Shown: positions 60,083 to 60,255 of the stretch, one piece after another
Layout of the letters: the number at the start of each line of letters is the position of its first letter
Numbering within the stretch: position 1 is the first letter of the stretch
Assembly: GCA_018716045.1 (NCBI GenBank)
Contig: DVKL01000079.1
Location: forward strand, 1-60,255
Source: Candidatus Faecimonas intestinavium
GTDB taxonomy: Bacteria; Bacillota_I; Bacilli_A; RF39; UBA660
DNA length: 60,255 bases
Direction of reading: 5' to 3'
The notes under the pieces: model-generated
What the model was told of the DNA's origin: nothing
Seen by the model: only the letters and a program-made list of their open reading frames with translations
Database searches by the model: none
Program-made: the position numbers and the translations under genes

Positions 60083-60255
60083 CTATTTTTTACGGATTTT
60101 TTTAAAGAATGGAAAGCTAATATAAAATCCTAAAAATAATAGACAATAAAAGTAGACATGAATAATTCCATGATTAATTTTCTGAAGGATTAAAAAATAC
60201 AATAATGCCATATCTAATAAAAATAACAAAGTAATTAAAATTTGAACTACTATTT
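60083..60255 (-). CDS. C-terminal fragment of a small membrane protein (yabQ-like by position); the gene starts beyond the right edge
   Basis: The reverse frame is open from 60255 to TAG at 60085-60083. It is hydrophobic (...LLFLLDMALLYFLILQKINHGIIHVYFYCLLFLGFYISFPFFKKIRKK). Assignment rests on position only. Confidence 0.35.
   Translation of the reverse strand, partial: IVVQILITLLFLLDMALLYFLILQKINHGIIHVYFYCLLFLGFYISFPFFKKIRKK

Overview
Visibly AT-rich Bacillota-type chromosome segment using the standard genetic code: all housekeeping ORFs are intact under code 11, and TGA acts as a stop. About 90% of genes lie on the minus strand. Gene order closely follows the Bacillus subtilis origin-proximal region. 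Read right to left it runs yabQ-like/divIC, tilS, ftsH, mscL, dusB, an RDD gene, lysS, a yfcC-like permease, clpC-like, cysS, mrnC, rlmB and sigH-like. It continues with secE, nusG, rplK-rplA-rplJ-rplL, a ybxB-like methyltransferase, rpoB-rpoC and rpsL-rpsG-fusA-tuf. Further left come murD with a divergent femAB-type gene, eno, proS (T-box), secG-rnr-capA-smpB, a plus-strand block (ssrA ... thrS with T-box, GNAT, AIM24) and pflB-pflA. I found no rRNA, tRNA, CRISPR array, transposase or integrase. Non-core material sits in small pockets. (1) 5257-7896 is a terminator-insulated, translationally coupled pair: an orphan FtsK/HerA/VirD4-class P-loop ATPase and a 229-aa Cys-rich protein. This is my best candidate for an undescribed system. 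(2) The ssrA-proximal islet 11333-12960 holds a candidate type I toxin-antitoxin locus and an ORF-less promoter-terminator unit. (3) 12858-13011 is a classical-looking four-segment ribosome-mediated attenuator with a 5xThr leader peptide, in tandem with the Thr T-box of a thrS whose product lacks the TGS domain and the editing motifs. (4) A duplicated ~90-bp promoter module brackets a 73-aa ORF, with a strong terminator hairpin in the leader of the methyltransferase-rpoBC operon. (5) A C-tail-anchored pseudokinase-like protein is inserted next to the sigH-like gene. (6) An 818+ aa FN3-repeat surface protein at the left edge is missing from the ORF track. All family calls rest on motif recognition by eye; no database search was possible.
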